From contig NC_086097.1 of assembly GCF_963921235.1 (NCBI RefSeq), positions 212,662,001 to 212,726,000 on the forward strand: a DNA stretch of 64,000 nt, given 5' to 3'. Numbering within the stretch: position 1 is the stretch's first letter; each line of letters opens with the position of its first letter. Positions 1 through 12,955 of this stretch are shown here, in pieces. The translations under genes and the position numbers were made by a program. This DNA comes from Mobula hypostoma (Eukaryota). Below the pieces are notes generated by a model. The model did not search any database. It was not told the DNA's origin and was given only the letters and a program-made list of their open reading frames with translations.

Positions 1-406
1 ATACTTCATTCGGAGTTTGAAGAGATTTGGCATGTCAACAAATACACTCAAAAACTTCTATAGTTGTACCGTGGAGAGCATTGTGACAGGCTGCATCACT
101 GTCTGGTATGGAGGGGCTACTGCACAGGACCGAAAGAAGCTGCAGAAGTTGAAAATCTAGTCAGCTCCATCTTGGGTACTAGCCTACAAAGTACCCAGGA
201 CATCTTCAGGGAGCAGTGTCTCAGAAAGGCACTGTACAGTATTTCTGTTTTTGCACGTTTTTAAAAAAATCTATTCAATATATGTAATTGATTTACTTGT
301 TTATTTTTTTTTCTCTCTGCTAGATTATGTAGTGCATCGAACTGCTGCTGCTAAGTTATCAAATTTCACTTCACATGCCGGTGTTAATAAACTTGATTCT
401 GATTCT
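1..406 (+). mobile_element. Rex1/Babar-clade LINE, 3' fragment (runs off the window start)
   Basis: Translates to the Rex1-type C-terminus (LKNFYSCTVESIVTGCITVWYGG...DRKKLQKL), followed by a 3' UTR and a (GATTCT)n tail at ~395-406. Homologous to 4711-5263 and 58748-59785. Confidence 0.85.
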
Positions 407-474
407 GAAGTTAAAAGCACTCCTTTGCACTGTCAATGAAGCATCGGCTGGCCCAGAGCCAAGAAATTATGTAT

Positions 475-2059
475 TTCAGAGGAAGTTCACAAAAATGATT
501 TCAGGATTGAATAGCTTGTCATATAGTGTTTGATAGCTCTGGGCCTGTATTCATTAAAATTCAGAAGAATGAGTGGGTGATCAAATTGAAACCTATCGAA
601 TGGTGAAAGGCCTTGATTGTGAAGAGGAGATTCCCCATGGTGGGAGAGTCTAAGACCAGAAGACACAGCTCAGGATAGAGGGGTGGACTTATAGAATGGA
701 AATCAAGAGGAATTTCTTTTAACAGAGAACGGTGAATCTGTGGAATTCTTTGCCATAGGCAGCTGTGGAGACCAAGTCTTTATGTATATAAAGGAGGCAT
801 GGGATCCAAGGAGACCTTGCTTTGTGGATCCAGAAATGGCTTGCCTACAGAAGGCAATGGATAGTTGTAGATGGTTTGTATTCTGCATGGAGGTCAGTGA
901 CCAGTGGTGTTCCGCAGAGATCTGTTCTGGGACCCCTCCTGTTTGTGATTTTTATAAATGACCTGGATGAAGAAATAGAAGGGTAGGTTACTAAGTTTGC
1001 TGATGACACAAAAGTTGGAGGTGTTGTGGATAGTCTGGAGGGTTGTCAGAGGTTACAACTGGACATTGAGAGGATGCAGAACTGGGCTGAGAAGTGGCAG
1101 ATGGAGTTCAACCCAGATAAGTGTGAAGTGGTTCATTTTGTAGATCAAATGTGATGACAGAATATAATATTAATAGTAAGACTCTTGGCAGTGTGGAGGA
1201 TCCTGGGGTGTACTCACAGGACACTCAAAGCTGCAGCGCAGGTTGACAGTGTTTTTAAGATGGCGTGTGGTGTGTTGGCATTCATCGCCCATGGGATTGA
1301 GTTCAAGAGTTGTGGGGTAATGTTATAGCTAAATAAGACCTTGGTCAGACCCCACTTACAGTACTGTGTTCAGTTCTGGTCACTTCACTATAGGAAGGAT
1401 GTGGATAATATAGAAAGAGTGTAGAGGAGCTTTACAAGGAGGTTGCCTGGATTGGAGAGAATGCCTTATGAGAATAGGTTGAATGAACTTGGCCTTTTCT
1501 CTTTGGAGCGATGAAGGATGAGAGGTGACCTGATAGAGATGTGAAGCATTGATCATGTGGATAGCTGGAGGCTTTTCCCCAAGGCTGAAATGGCTAACAC
1601 GAAGGAGCATAGTTTTAAGGTGCTTGGAAATAAGTACCCAGGGGATGTCAGAGGTATGCTTTTCACACAGAGAGTGGTAGGTGCATGAAATACAGAGAAG
1701 GTGGTAGAACCGGATACAATAGGGTCTTTTAAGAGACTCTTAATAGGTACATGGATCTTCTAAAAATAGAGGGCTATGTGGTAAGGTAATTCTAGGCAGT
1801 TTCTAGAGTAGGTTACGTGGTTGGCACAACATTGTAGCCGAAGGGGCCTGTAATATGCTGTAGATTTCTATTTTCTATGTTCTATGTATATTTAAGGCAG
1901 AAGTTGATAGAATCGTGATTGGTCAGGGCATGAAGGGATATAGGGAGAAGGCAGGAGATTGGGGTTGAGAGGAAAATTGGATCAGCCATGATGAAATGCC
2001 AGATCATACTCGATGGGCCAAATGGCCTAATTCTGGTCCTATACCTTATGATCTTATCT
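475..2059 (+). mobile_element. CR1 LINE 3' fragment (475-788 and 1887-2059), interrupted by a second CR1
   Basis: CR1 ORF2 C-terminus (ALGLYSL..IETYRMVKGLD..RNFF..VNLWNSLP) resumes after 1886 and ends in a CTTATG-type tail. TATGTATA is repeated at 781-788 and 1883-1890. Confidence 0.8.
789..1886 (+). mobile_element. CR1 LINE 3' fragment (RT and C-terminus) nested in another CR1
   Basis: Decayed motifs SGVPQ, KFADDTK, WAEKWQMEFNPDKC and LVRPHLQYCVQFW; (TTCTATG)n tail. Confidence 0.9.
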
Positions 2060-2393
2060 TGTATGCATCAGTTAAATGTTAAAACAATGGGCCTGTGCTA
2101 ATTGCTTTGTATCATCTGTGGGTTTAAGGAATTTTCACCATTGTAACATTGTAAACATTGTTCAGATTCAGGGAAGTTTTCGATTAGTTTATTTTGGTAA
2201 AGGTATTTGAGAGGTGTCTACCACTCTAGATAGATATACAATTCAAAGGAAGCTTTGACAACCCAAAATATTAAAGTAAATGATGTTATTCTAGCCATTG
2301 GAATTGTATTGAATCACCTACTGTTACCTTTGATTGTAAGGGTATAAGAATATGATATACCTTTGGGTTTGTGACCCTCTACTGAGAGTGTCT

Positions 2394-3373
2394 TGTCACG
2401 TACCCCGTGACAGGTTAAAGAACCATCAGAAATAGAAAACACTTTGGAGTCCAGTATTGCTACTAACTAATAATATTTATTAGTAACTAGGCAATACAGT
2501 AATATAACTGTAGATAAATTAAACAGGTTAGCAATGATTATATATAAGTAAGTATACCAGTAAGTGTGGAAATATATGAAAACCAAGCTTCTTCAAGTCT
2601 AGGGGTAAATAGTCTTACGATGATGAGTAAAGTTCAGTTCAGTTTGTGGTGTTGAGTTGAGTCGTGATGGAGAGAGAGAGAGAGAGAGAGGGAGAGATTT
2701 GAGTCCTCAGATGAGCTGACGCCGTCGATCTTCTCTGAAATCCTTTAAAAGTCACCGACTATGACAACAAAAAAGGGGACCGTTTTTCTGTGGTGGAGCT
2801 ATCAACCCAGGCAAGGGTGGACACATGGACAACTCCCCACCAGTCAATCCCTTTTCTCACTGCAAGAGCCACTGATCGATCAGCCTGATCGATCCTCCAA
2901 AAAACTGACTTTCTCTGTGGGCACAACAAAGCTCAGTCAGTGTCCAAAAACATGTGTCTGAGGTCTATCATCTGACCTCCTATTATATCTCACCGTACTG
3001 AGTACCAACTGTCATTCTCTGTCTGTGCAAGAAATGTACAAGCAGGCAATGTCCTTGAGAAGTATAAACATGCTGCCGAAAAAAATCATAACATCGATTG
3101 TCCATCAAATAACGCCGCCCTCGGTCACCATAGTGACTTACCAGCTGCTCGGTGCCCTCTCTCTCCAACTCAGCAGAAATCCAAAAGTTATTCTCGTGCC
3201 TTAAAGAAACAGTCCAAAAGTTAGTCTTCGTCTCTCTCTCTCTCTCTTTCTTTCTCTCTCTCTTTTCAAAACAAAATGTCGGTGTTAAATATTTCTCTCT
3301 CCCTCTTTTCAAAAACACAGTTCATTGGGGTAATCGAGCACAGTTCACAGGGGTAATTCAGGAACCCGTCACA
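2394..3373. mobile_element. Solo LTR (Gypsy-like), 980 bp
   Basis: Termini TGTCACG...CGTCACA with a 4-bp TSD GTCT/GCCT (2390-2393, 3374-3377). It cleanly interrupts the ERV 5' LTR and contains (GA)n and (CT)n tracts. Confidence 0.7.
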
Positions 3374-3469
3374 GCCTCCAGAATGATATCTGCTTGTTGT
3401 GCTGAATAAAGTCTTCTCTGTCACCAGCGTCAGTGTCTCTCTGGTGACTTCAATCACGGTCAAAGCATT

Positions 3470-3487
3470 TGGGGGCTTGTCCAGGTT
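3470..3487 (+). promoter_or_regulatory. Retroviral primer-binding site, tRNA-Pro type
   Basis: 15/18 match to the tRNA-Pro PBS TGGGGGCTCGTCCGGGAT; two of the three mismatches are CpG-decay transitions. Lies 2 nt after the LTR-ending CA. Confidence 0.75.
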
Positions 3488-3593
3488 AAGTTTGTGGTCC
3501 ATTGCGTGACCAGCGATTTTAGCAGTCTACGGGGGCGGGGGGGGGTGAGTATTTCTATGAGTGACACCCACGCTTAGATCTGTTCAGGATCAG

Positions 3594-3893
3594 TAGGCAT
3601 CCGTTAGTCTTGTGACACCATAGGTTTGCGCCTTGGAAAGTTTCCAGAGTGCAGGCCTGGGCAAGGTTGTATGGAAGACTGGCAGTTGCCCATGCTGCAA
3701 GTCTCCCCTCTCCACGCCGCTGATGTTGTCCAAGGGAAGGGCACTAGGGCCAATACAGCTTGGCACTGGTGTCATCGCAGAGCAATGTATGGTTAAGTGC
3801 CTTGCTCAAGGACACAACACGCTGCCTCAGCTGAGGCTTGAACTAGTGACCTTTAAATCACTAGACGAACTCCTTAACTACTTGGCCACGCAC
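3594..3893 (-). mobile_element. tRNA-derived SINE with CORE-like domain
   Basis: Reverse-complement homologue of 17106-17413; A box TGGCCAAGTAG and CORE-like GTGTCCTTGAGCAAGGCACTTAACC. Confidence 0.8.
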
Positions 3894-4710
3894 CAACACA
3901 CTGTTACCAAAGAACACATGGACAGCTGAAATGGTAGATATAAAATTTTGTGGTGCGTGTGCATAGACATACAGAAGGGGGCCAGCAAAATGATATGTCA
4001 GTGGACACAGTGTTGTCAGAATCAATAACTGATCTACACTTGCCCACGGCTGGAGGCAATTTACATTACCAATGCAGGGAATGAAACAATAAGGGCAGAG
4101 AGAAGATTGCCTCAGGTACTTGAGAGGAAGTGCAGTTTTCTATGGATTTTTGAGTGTGCCCAAACAAATAGGGTATTGTCTTAGGGTTAGACACTCTAAG
4201 TAAGGCAGATGTTATTATAGACTCAGGAAAGGAAGAAATAACATGGACGAGAGAGACAGCAAACATTCATGACTCACAGAGCAGGCAACATGGCCGACAG
4301 AGAAACAGCAGCCCCAAGCAAGGAGGAGAAGGAGGTCAGTATGTCAGAAGGTCCCAAGGATAGGGGCCAAACACAGTCAAGAATGGTTAGAAGCTGTGCA
4401 GCTGCCTGCATGGGCAATCAAAATAAAGGGGAAGATAAGGAGTAGAAGGATAATAAGGGAGCAGATCATGGGGCAAAGAGAGCAATAGAAGAACACAAGG
4501 TTGACAGAAATTGAAGGTGTAGAGAAAGGAACTACGAGAGCTAAATTAGTAAGAAAGAATGGAAATGTGAGGACCATTGTAACCAGGCCCTCCTACAGCT
4601 GGGTGACCAAGTCTTGGTGGGGGAGCTGCCTGAAAAGGCTGGGTTCACTCCTAAGTGGATAGGATCACAGGTGGTGCTTCTGACAAGCGACACCAGTGAG
4701 GCAACCAGTG

Positions 4711-5263
4711 GAATCAGAATCGGAATCAGGTTTATTATCACTGGCAAGTGTTGTGAAATTTGTTAACTTAGCAGCAGCAGGTCAATGCAATACATAATAA
4801 AGAAGAAAAAAAAATAAATAAGTAGATCAATTATAGTATATGTATATTGAATAAATTAAAAATCCTGCAAAAACAGAAATAATATATATTAAAAAGTGAT
4901 GTAGTGTCCAAGGGTTCAATGTCCATTTAGGAATCCGATGGCAGGGGGGAAGAAGCTGTTCCTGAATCTCTGAGTGTGTGCCTTCAGGCTTCAGTACCTC
5001 CTACCTGATGGTAACAGTGAGGAAAGGGCATGCCCTGAGTGTTGGAGATCCTAAATAATGGATGCTGCCTTTCTGAGACACCGCTCCTTGAAGATGTCGT
5101 GGGTACTTTGTAGGCTAGTACCCAAGATGGAGCTCACTAGATTTACAACCCTCTGCAACTTCTTTCAGTCCTGTGCTGTAGGCACCGTGCACCGCCGCCC
5201 CCCCCCCCATACCAGGCAGTGATGCAGCCTGTCAGAATGCTCTCCACAGTACAACTATAGAAG
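4711..5263 (-). mobile_element. Rex1/Babar LINE 3' fragment inserted in the ERV integrase remnant
   Basis: (GAATCA)n tail at the left end; body highly similar to 58748-59300. Confidence 0.85.
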
Positions 5264-5969
5264 CACTGGACTCGGGTTGAACTGTATGACTCACCTTCTT
5301 GTCACCCTCAACAACAGTACAAAGGATCAAGTTTACCAGGAACAGTGTCATTACAGAGAATCTAAGCAATGATCAACAGCCTGCTAATTCACATCTGACA
5401 AATCCTGAGGGAAGAAGGCCTGCGGATCAGAACAAAAAGGAATGTGAATGCAGAAGACACCTAGAGCATTCAGCAAGCTGATGAGTGACTGTACTTTGTA
5501 AAGAAGGTGGATTCTGAAAGGATTAGTTATACAGATCAGGATAGAAATGTATAGGGAAATAGATGGGAAGGGATCAGAGTTACAGCAGAGACATCCGTTT
5601 CCACATCCTTGATGGCAAGGTAGACCAACAGAGAGAAGAAATTACTCACAGTGTCTGAAGGCAGCCATACCTGCCTGATGGGAGTGGCCATAAATGAGCT
5701 GGGCACTTTCAGTGGCTGGGCCAGTGATCAAATGGACAATCAAGGTGAGGGTGCCTCCAGGGTGAAGTCCTTGCAGCCATTCAAACAGAGACCACCCGAA
5801 ACACTCCAGTAGATCTATCAAAGGGACTGGGAGACTTGTCAGATTCTTCTGACAAACCCCTGTCAAGGCATGGAATGTGAACTGTTGCCTGTGGACATGA
5901 AATAAAGTTACCTTCTGTGCCCCTGCCACAGAGTTACAGCTGACAGCCACTCCAGATAAGATACGAAAA

Positions 5970-6385
5970 TAACTTTATTTATCCCTAAGGAAATTATTGT
6001 TGCAAGGTTAGTTCAGTCAGAGATATATACTCTAAAATACAAAATGTAAATATTGATGTATGAAAAAATACAAAATGTGCATTAAAAAGTAATGATGCAA
6101 AATACAGATGTGCAATGAAACCATATACTTCTATACTTAAGGAGGAGGAGTTGTAGAGGAGTTTCCTTTGTAGAAAGGATCTCCCTTGGATTTCAGTGGT
6201 GCACCTCGGTGAATCAGTCTGTGGTGAAATGTGCTCCTCTGTTTGTCTAGTGTGTCATGGAGGGGGTGAGAGGGATCATCCATAATGCTCGGCAGCTTCT
6301 GCAGCATCCTCCTCTCAGAAACAACCACCAGGGAGTCCAGTTCCACTCCCAGAACAGAACCAGCCTTCCTGATGAGCTTTTCGAG
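5970..6385 (-). mobile_element. Rex1/Babar-like LINE 3' fragment (second family)
   Basis: ORF 6137-6346 ELDSLVVVSERRMLQKLPSIMDDPSHPLHDTL...RLI is a typical Rex1/Babar C-terminus. Confidence 0.7.
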
Positions 6386-6716
6386 TTTTATCTATCAGAT
6401 ATTGAAGGGGCGAATATTAGGATATGTAAACCACAATCAGCCAGCAGGGAAGGAGGTAGCAAGTTACATGTTAAAATGGTATCCAAGAAGAGGATGGGAT
6501 CAAATTTCTGGAATGTTTTACTGCCATCTCTGCTTAGCCTTGTAGATCGCCAGTTAGGGTTTGCAGTGCAGATGTAGATGCACATAGGGACGTAAAAGGT
6601 TAGTAGTTGGAGAAGGGATCTGAAGTGAAGGATATTTTTGCTGCCTTGCCTAATTAGACCCTCCTTAAAGTTTGGCCTTCCTGGGACAGATTTCTGTCCA
6701 GGGGCCAAGAGGAGAG

Positions 6717-7260
6717 TATATTAGGGAGTATTCTGAAGTTAAGTGAATATAGCAGATATTAATTCAAACAAGAACCGGTATTCAGTTCTTAATGTGGATT
6801 GTAAATTGCAATTAGTAAATTGAAGATAAAAGGATTGTCTGTGAAGCACAGGCTGGCTCACAGAATGAGATTACATACGTATCAGTCAAACTTTAAGACA
6901 ATGGGATTGTTTTAATTGCCTTGCATCAGCTATGGGTTTAAGGCATTTGCACCATTGTAACATTGCATAGCTTCAGGGAAATTTGTAATTAGTTTGCCTC
7001 AGCAAAGATATTTCCAAGGTGTCTCCCTCTGCAGAAATGTAATTCAAAGAAAACAAGGTATTGTCACTGCGACAATTGAAAATATATTGAATCACCTGCT
7101 GTTAGCATTGATCTTAAGAGTATAAAAATGTGATGTACTTTGAGTGAGTACTTTGACTCTACCACAAGTGTCTCCATAAGAATGCCTGCTTGTTGTGATT
7201 GATAAAGATATCGATATCACCAGCTTCGGTGTCTCTCCAGTGAATTCAATCACCATCACA
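6717..7260 (+). repeat. 3' LTR of the ERV1-like element
   Basis: Follows a polypurine tract, contains TATAAAA (~7121), ends ...TCACA, and is colinear with the three 5' LTR pieces. Confidence 0.7.
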
Positions 7261-7879
7261 AAAGTTAGTTTGGGAGAAAGATAACAAATATTTGAAATGG
7301 TTTTATGGTGACTTCCACTGGTAACTCTAATTGATCTGTGAAATATGTTTATCCTAACAGCGAGGTTTTATTGACTTGCAGATAATTACATTATACAGAA
7401 ACTGACAGAGCACAAAAAAGTTACCAGAATATTGTATGCTCTGTAATGTTTCAACATTATTTTACTGTGCACTTGTTGGCATTTTTACTCATATTGGATT
7501 TGGATTTGGTAATACTATATTATTCCAATGCAAATGTATTCTAACTATGAACTTGTTTCGCTTATGAAGTTACTGCGTGGTCCATAGGTCTCTACAATTC
7601 ATTTTCAGCATTTGTTTCTCCAATTTTTCAGACCTGAAAAACATGTGCCTGAAATATAAATCACCTCGATGGGCATTATATGGTCAGAATATTTTTTTAA
7701 AATATATAAACTTGGACATTCCAAATTCCTCTGAATTTAAAACAAAAACTATTTTTTTTGCAGATTAACAACCTGAAAATAAAATGAGTAGTATTGAAAT
7801 TTCATTGGCAAAAATGTTATGCTTTCAACTTCACAGCATAGTCGTAACAATAATCCTTTATATTTTCTTAAAGCAGTTA

Positions 7880-10800
7880 AGGAACTAATTCAAATAAATT
7901 CGGGAGAGTTTAAACTAGTTTTGCAGAGGACTGGGAACTGAAGCCCCAGGTCAAAAATTGGACCAAAGTATTGAAAGGTAAAATCGAAATAACAGTTATG
8001 ATGGGTCAGATAGTTTGAAATGTGTATATTTTAATGTTAGAAGTATTATGGATAAAGATGCTGAACTTAGAGCATAGATAAGTACATGGAACTACGATGT
8101 TGCAGCCATTACTGAAACTTGGTTGAGAGAGGGACAGGAATGGGTGATTAATGTGCCATTAATATACCAGGTTTTTGAAGTTTTAGAAAAGATAGAGAAG
8201 GAGGTAAAAGTGGGGGTGGGGGAGGGGGTTAGTTGCACTATTAATCAGGGGCAACACCACACTGCTCTCAGAGGTGACATAATGGAGGTTTCAGACACAG
8301 GGTCCATTTGGGGGGAACTCAGGAAGAGGAAGGGTGCAATCACACTGATGGGATTGTTTTGCTGACTCCTTTATAGCCACTAGGATATTGAGGAACAGAT
8401 ATGTAATCAGATTAAGGAAATATGTAAAATTAATAGGTTTGTTGTCATGAGAGATTTCAACTTCCCTAATGTAATCTGGGACCTTCTTAGTGTATGGGGC
8501 AGAATTTATTAAATGTACCCAGGAAGGTTTCTTAGATCAATATTAGGATGGTCCAATGAGAGAAGCGGCTGTACTGGACCTGGGTAAAGAACCTGGCCAG
8601 GTGACTGAACTTTCAGTGGGTGAACAGATGGGGAATAGTGACCATAACTTCTTAACTATCAGGATAGTTCTCAATAAGTTCTCAATAAGGTCCTTGAGGG
8701 AGAGTTTTAAATTGGAGCAGGGCAAATTATGAGGGCATTAGGTAGGAACTAAGAAGCGTTAATTGTGAACACCTTTTCTCTGGCAAGTCCACGTCAGACA
8801 TGTGGAAGGTGTTTAAAGATCAGTTCCACACAATAAAGGATGGGTATGCCCCTGTTGGAAGGAAGGACAGGGATGGAAAGATAAGAGAACTTTGGATGTC
8901 CAGAGAGGTGAAGAAAAAAGGAAAAGTATGCAAAGCTTCAGAAGTTAGGATCAAACGAAGCACCCAAAAAGTATAAAGAAGTCAGAAAAGAATGAAAGAG
9001 AATTAGGAACGTTAGGAGGGGCCATGAAAAGTCCTTGGCAAGTAGGATTAAGGTGAATCCCAAGACATTCTATACATACATCAAGAGCAAGATGATAACT
9101 AGGGAGAGGGCGGGACCACTAAAGGATAAATGAGGGAAAATTTGCTTGGATGCGGAGGATGTGAGTGAGGTACTTAATGAGTACTTTGCTTCAGTATTTA
9201 CCAAGGAAAAGGATATGGAGGACCAGGAGATCAGTGCTGAGTGCATAAATACTTTAGGGCATTTAGAGGACAAGGAGGAGAAAGTATTGGACCTCCTAAT
9301 GAGTATCAAGATGGATAAGTCCCCAGGGCCTGATGGAATTTACCACAGAGGCAAGAGATGAGATTGCAGCCCCCTTGACCAGTATTCTTTGTGTCCTCCC
9401 ACAGGTGAGGTTCTGGAGGACTGGTGAGTGGCTAATGTAGTACCTCTATTTAAGAAGGGAACAAGGGAAAATTCTGGGATCTATGGACAGTTGAGTCTCA
9501 TGTCAATTGTAAGGAACTTGCTGGAGAAAATTCTTAGGGAACGGATATATGAGCATTTGGAAACCCATGACCTAATTAAGGAGAACCACCATGGCTCTGT
9601 GTGTGACAGGTTATGCCTTACCAACATGATTTATTTTTTGACAAGGTGATGAGAGAGATTGATGAAGGTAGGACAGTGGATGTTGCCTACATAGATTTTG
9701 GTAAGGCATTTGACAAAGTCCCTCATGAGAGGCTAATCCAGAAGATTAAGATGCATGGGGTCTGTGGCAAATTGGCTGTTTGGATTCAGAATTAGCTTGC
9801 ACATAGAGGTCAGAGGGTAGTGGGTGAAGGGACTTATTCATGGTCTGTAATTAGTAGAGTTCCACAGGGATCTGTGCTCGGACCTCTGCTGCTTTTGATG
9901 TATATAAATTACCTGGATGAAGATGTAGATGAGTGGGTTTGTAAATTTATGGGCGATACCTGAATTGGTGGAGTTGTGGATACTGTAGAAGATTGGCAAA
10001 GAATACTGAACAATATAGATCATTTGCAGATATGGGCTGAGAAATGGCAGATGGAGTTTAATCCAGATAAATGTGAGGTGTTACACCTTGGTAGGGCAAA
10101 TGCAAGGTGACAGTAGGACAAGATCCTTAACAGTATTACTGAGCAGAGAGATCTTGGGATCCAAGTTCACAGCTCCGTGAAAATGGCTACACAGATTGAT
10201 AGGGTGTTAAGAAGGCTTATGGAATGCTTGCTTTTATTAGTCGAGGCACTGAGTTCAAAAGTCAGGAGTTTATGTTACAACTTTATAAAACTCTGGTTAG
10301 GCCACATCTGGAGTTTTGCATAGAGTTCTGGTCAACCTATTATAGGAAGGACATTGAGGCTTCAGAGAGGGTGCAGAAGAGGTTTATCAGGATGCTCAGC
10401 AGGCCAGGCAGCATCTCTAGGAAGAGGTACAGTCGACGTTTCAGGCCGAGACCCTTCGCCTGAAACGTCGACTGTACCTCTTCCTAGAGATGCTGCCTAT
10501 CCTGCTGCGTTCACCAGCAACTTTGATGTGTGTTGCTTGAATTTCCAGCATCTGCAGAATTCCTGTTGCTTATCAGGATGCTGCCTGTTTTAGAGGGCAT
10601 CAGATATCATGAGAGGATGGATAAAGTTGGGTTGTTTCCTTTGGAGTTCTGGAGGCTGAGAAGAGATCTGACAGAGCTTTATAAGATTATGAGAGGCAGA
10701 TATATCGAGTGGACAGAGAGTATCTGTTTCCCAGGGTTGAAATGTCTAATACCAGAGGGCATGAATTGAAGTTAAGAAAAGTTGGTTCAGGGGGACATGA

Positions 10801-11052
10801 GAGGTAAGTTTTTTACTTAGAGAGTTGTGGATGCCTGGAATGCACTGCCTGGTATGGTGGTAGAGGCAAATACATTACAGGCTTTTAAGAGATGTTTGGA
10901 TAGGCATGTGGATGTAAGAAACTGGGGAGGTATGGATTTGGTATAGGTAGGAGGGATTAGAGTTCAGGTCTTCTTGATTGACTTTTTAGAAGGTTCAGCA
11001 CAGCATTGTGGGCCGAATGGCCTGTTCCTGTACTGTACTGTTCTATGTTCTA
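7880..11052 (+). mobile_element. CR1 LINE, near-complete ORF2 (APE endonuclease and RT) plus 3' UTR, decayed
   Basis: Motifs AITETW, DFNFP, DKSPGPDGI, ANVVPLFKKG, DFGKAFDKVPH and LVRPHLEFC with many stops and frameshifts; TTCTATGTTCTA tail. Interrupted at 10397-10569. Confidence 0.92.
10397..10569 (+). mobile_element. Fold-back mini-element derived from the Penelope pLTR
   Basis: 50-bp inverted arms around loop 10447-10457; exact 13-bp TSD TTATCAGGATGCT (10384-10396, 10570-10582); sequence matches 25921-26040. Confidence 0.9.
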
Positions 11053-11197
11053 ATAATAGTTCAGGTGTGCAGTACCTATTTTAAGAGAACAAAAATAATT
11101 ACAGAGTGAACTGTACTCTATTAGCTTCTTGATGGACAGCTGGAAACGTGAAGAAGGCTAAATGATTGAAAAAAAATCAATGAGGAACATTATTACT

Positions 11198-12560
11198 TTT
11201 TAAATTGGGTTCTTTCGGATTTCTTGCTTTGTGGCTGCCTGTAAGTAAACGCATCTCCAGGTTGTATAATTCACACATTCTTTGATAATAAATGTACTTC
11301 TGGTTAAGGTGGTGCTGCCTAACACGTGCAACGTCTCACTGCAAGTTAAAAAGTTAAGAAATCCACTAAAGACGTCACTAAGAACACATTTTTCTGAGGT
11401 AAATTGTGTTAAACTATCAGCACAAACAGTGAGGGGCGGAGCGGTGGTGAGGCGAGTTTGGGGGATGACCCGGGATGGTGTGTTGCAGAATCGGTGCAGG
11501 TGGAGTGAGCCATTTGGAGAGGAGAGGTCAAGGCAGAGGAGTTCTGATGCCCCATACAACTGGCCTGGGAGTGAGGTTGGATTGCTCTGAGCACTGGGAG
11601 GAGTAGTCGGGGCCAAGGCAGAGGAGTTCAAACACCTGTACAACTGGCCCAGATGCGGGGCTGGATTACCAAGCTGATTTGAAGGGCTTGAGAGTGGTGA
11701 AATCTGGGCCCGGACTGAGTCGCTGGGCAGCATGGTCCAGCCCCCAAGCCCTTCACAACTGCCCGGTCCTAGTGCGAGGTATAATCCACTATTTAGACAA
11801 TTTAATGCCAGCCCAGATCGCAGGCGAGAGCAGATTTCACTCACTGTCTGTGATATTCTCTCCTCTCTCCAGGGCACCAGAGCCTTTCACTGCAGTGGTT
11901 CCCAGGTACAATGTGAGGTCTGATCTGTTGTTTGGTCAATTTAAAAGCTGGCCCAGATAGACTGAAAAGTCAGGATGTCGGGATCTGAGGTGAGAAACAA
12001 TGTTGCTCACCTTCCATGATGGTCACTCCTCTTTCCATGGCACTGAGACTATGAAGACTGACCCGGCTGCTGTGCTCGGTGCCCGCTAATATGATGAACT
12101 GATAATTGAGGCTTTGGGCCTTCTCCAGGCTGAGGACTCAATTTTGTTCGGAATGTTGTTATTTGCTTCATTTGTCTGATTCACTGCTGATTTGTGTGTT
12201 TTTTTCCCCATTCTCTTGCACATCAAGGGTTGGTCTTTTATTTTTTTTCTTTAATTGGGGTCTTTTGGATTTCTTGCTTTTTGGTTACCTGTAAGGAAAC
12301 ACATCTCAAGATTCAAGTACATCTATTTCAAAGAACGCAAAGGTTATACAACCTTAAGATTTGTTTGCTCACAGGTAGCCACAAAGTAAGAAACCTGAAA
12401 GATCCTAATTTTAAAAAATAAAAATAAAAGACCAACACCCGATGCATGACAGAAAGGGGGAAAAACACAAATGATGCAAATAATTGAAGCGAACAACAAC
12501 ATTCCAAACAAAGATTGTATAATTTATACATTATTTGATAATAGATGAACTTTGAATATT
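11198..12560 (+). mobile_element. Non-autonomous retroposon with Rex1-type 3' tail (body ~11296-12560), preceded by an extra tail and containing an inverted tail copy at ~12311-12510
   Basis: Body homologous to 26646-27516; tail ...TTTGATAATAAATGTACTT homologous to the Rex1 3' UTR at ~33030-33110. Confidence 0.7.
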
Positions 12561-12955
12561 GAACTTGGAATCTTTGAAATAGCAGTAGCAGAAGACTACA
12601 GATACAGGAAAGTATACCTATACATCCCCAAATAATAATTCAAGATATTTAATAGCTAGCAAAATGAGGTTAAATTTATAAATAAAACAGTGGAATTATT
12701 CAGCTTGTAGCTACATAACTTCCTGAGAGCCACTTTCAGAACATAGGGAATACACTCCTTACAGATATGCTTTTAGGCCATTAAGGGCAATCGTAAGGAA
12801 TGAAAAAGTCTCATTTGTAGTAGATTCAAAAATAAATTTTAAAGATATTTTTTAAATTGTCATTTACCAAATAGTGACAGGTAGGAGACACAAAGGGTAC
12901 AACTGTGTTTTCTTGCAGAACTAATCCATCTTGGAAGAGGGTTGATTAATTTATA

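Larger units (their letters stand above)
407..7260 (+). mobile_element. Decayed, internally deleted ERV1-like provirus with nested insertions
   Basis: 5' LTR pieces at 407-474, 2060-2393 and 3374-3467 align colinearly with 6717-7260. PBS TGGGGGCTTGTCCAGGTT at 3470-3487; integrase C-terminal remnant near 4585-4700; purine tract AGAGGAGAG just before 6717. Confidence 0.75.

Noticed and set aside
2670..3262. (GA)n and (CT)n tracts and other short microsatellites
   Set aside because: Ordinary simple repeats, here internal to a solo LTR.
11200..11877. 225-aa ORF
   Set aside because: Antisense to a repeat, no recognisable domain, and not preserved as a long ORF in the homologous copy at 26646-27516.
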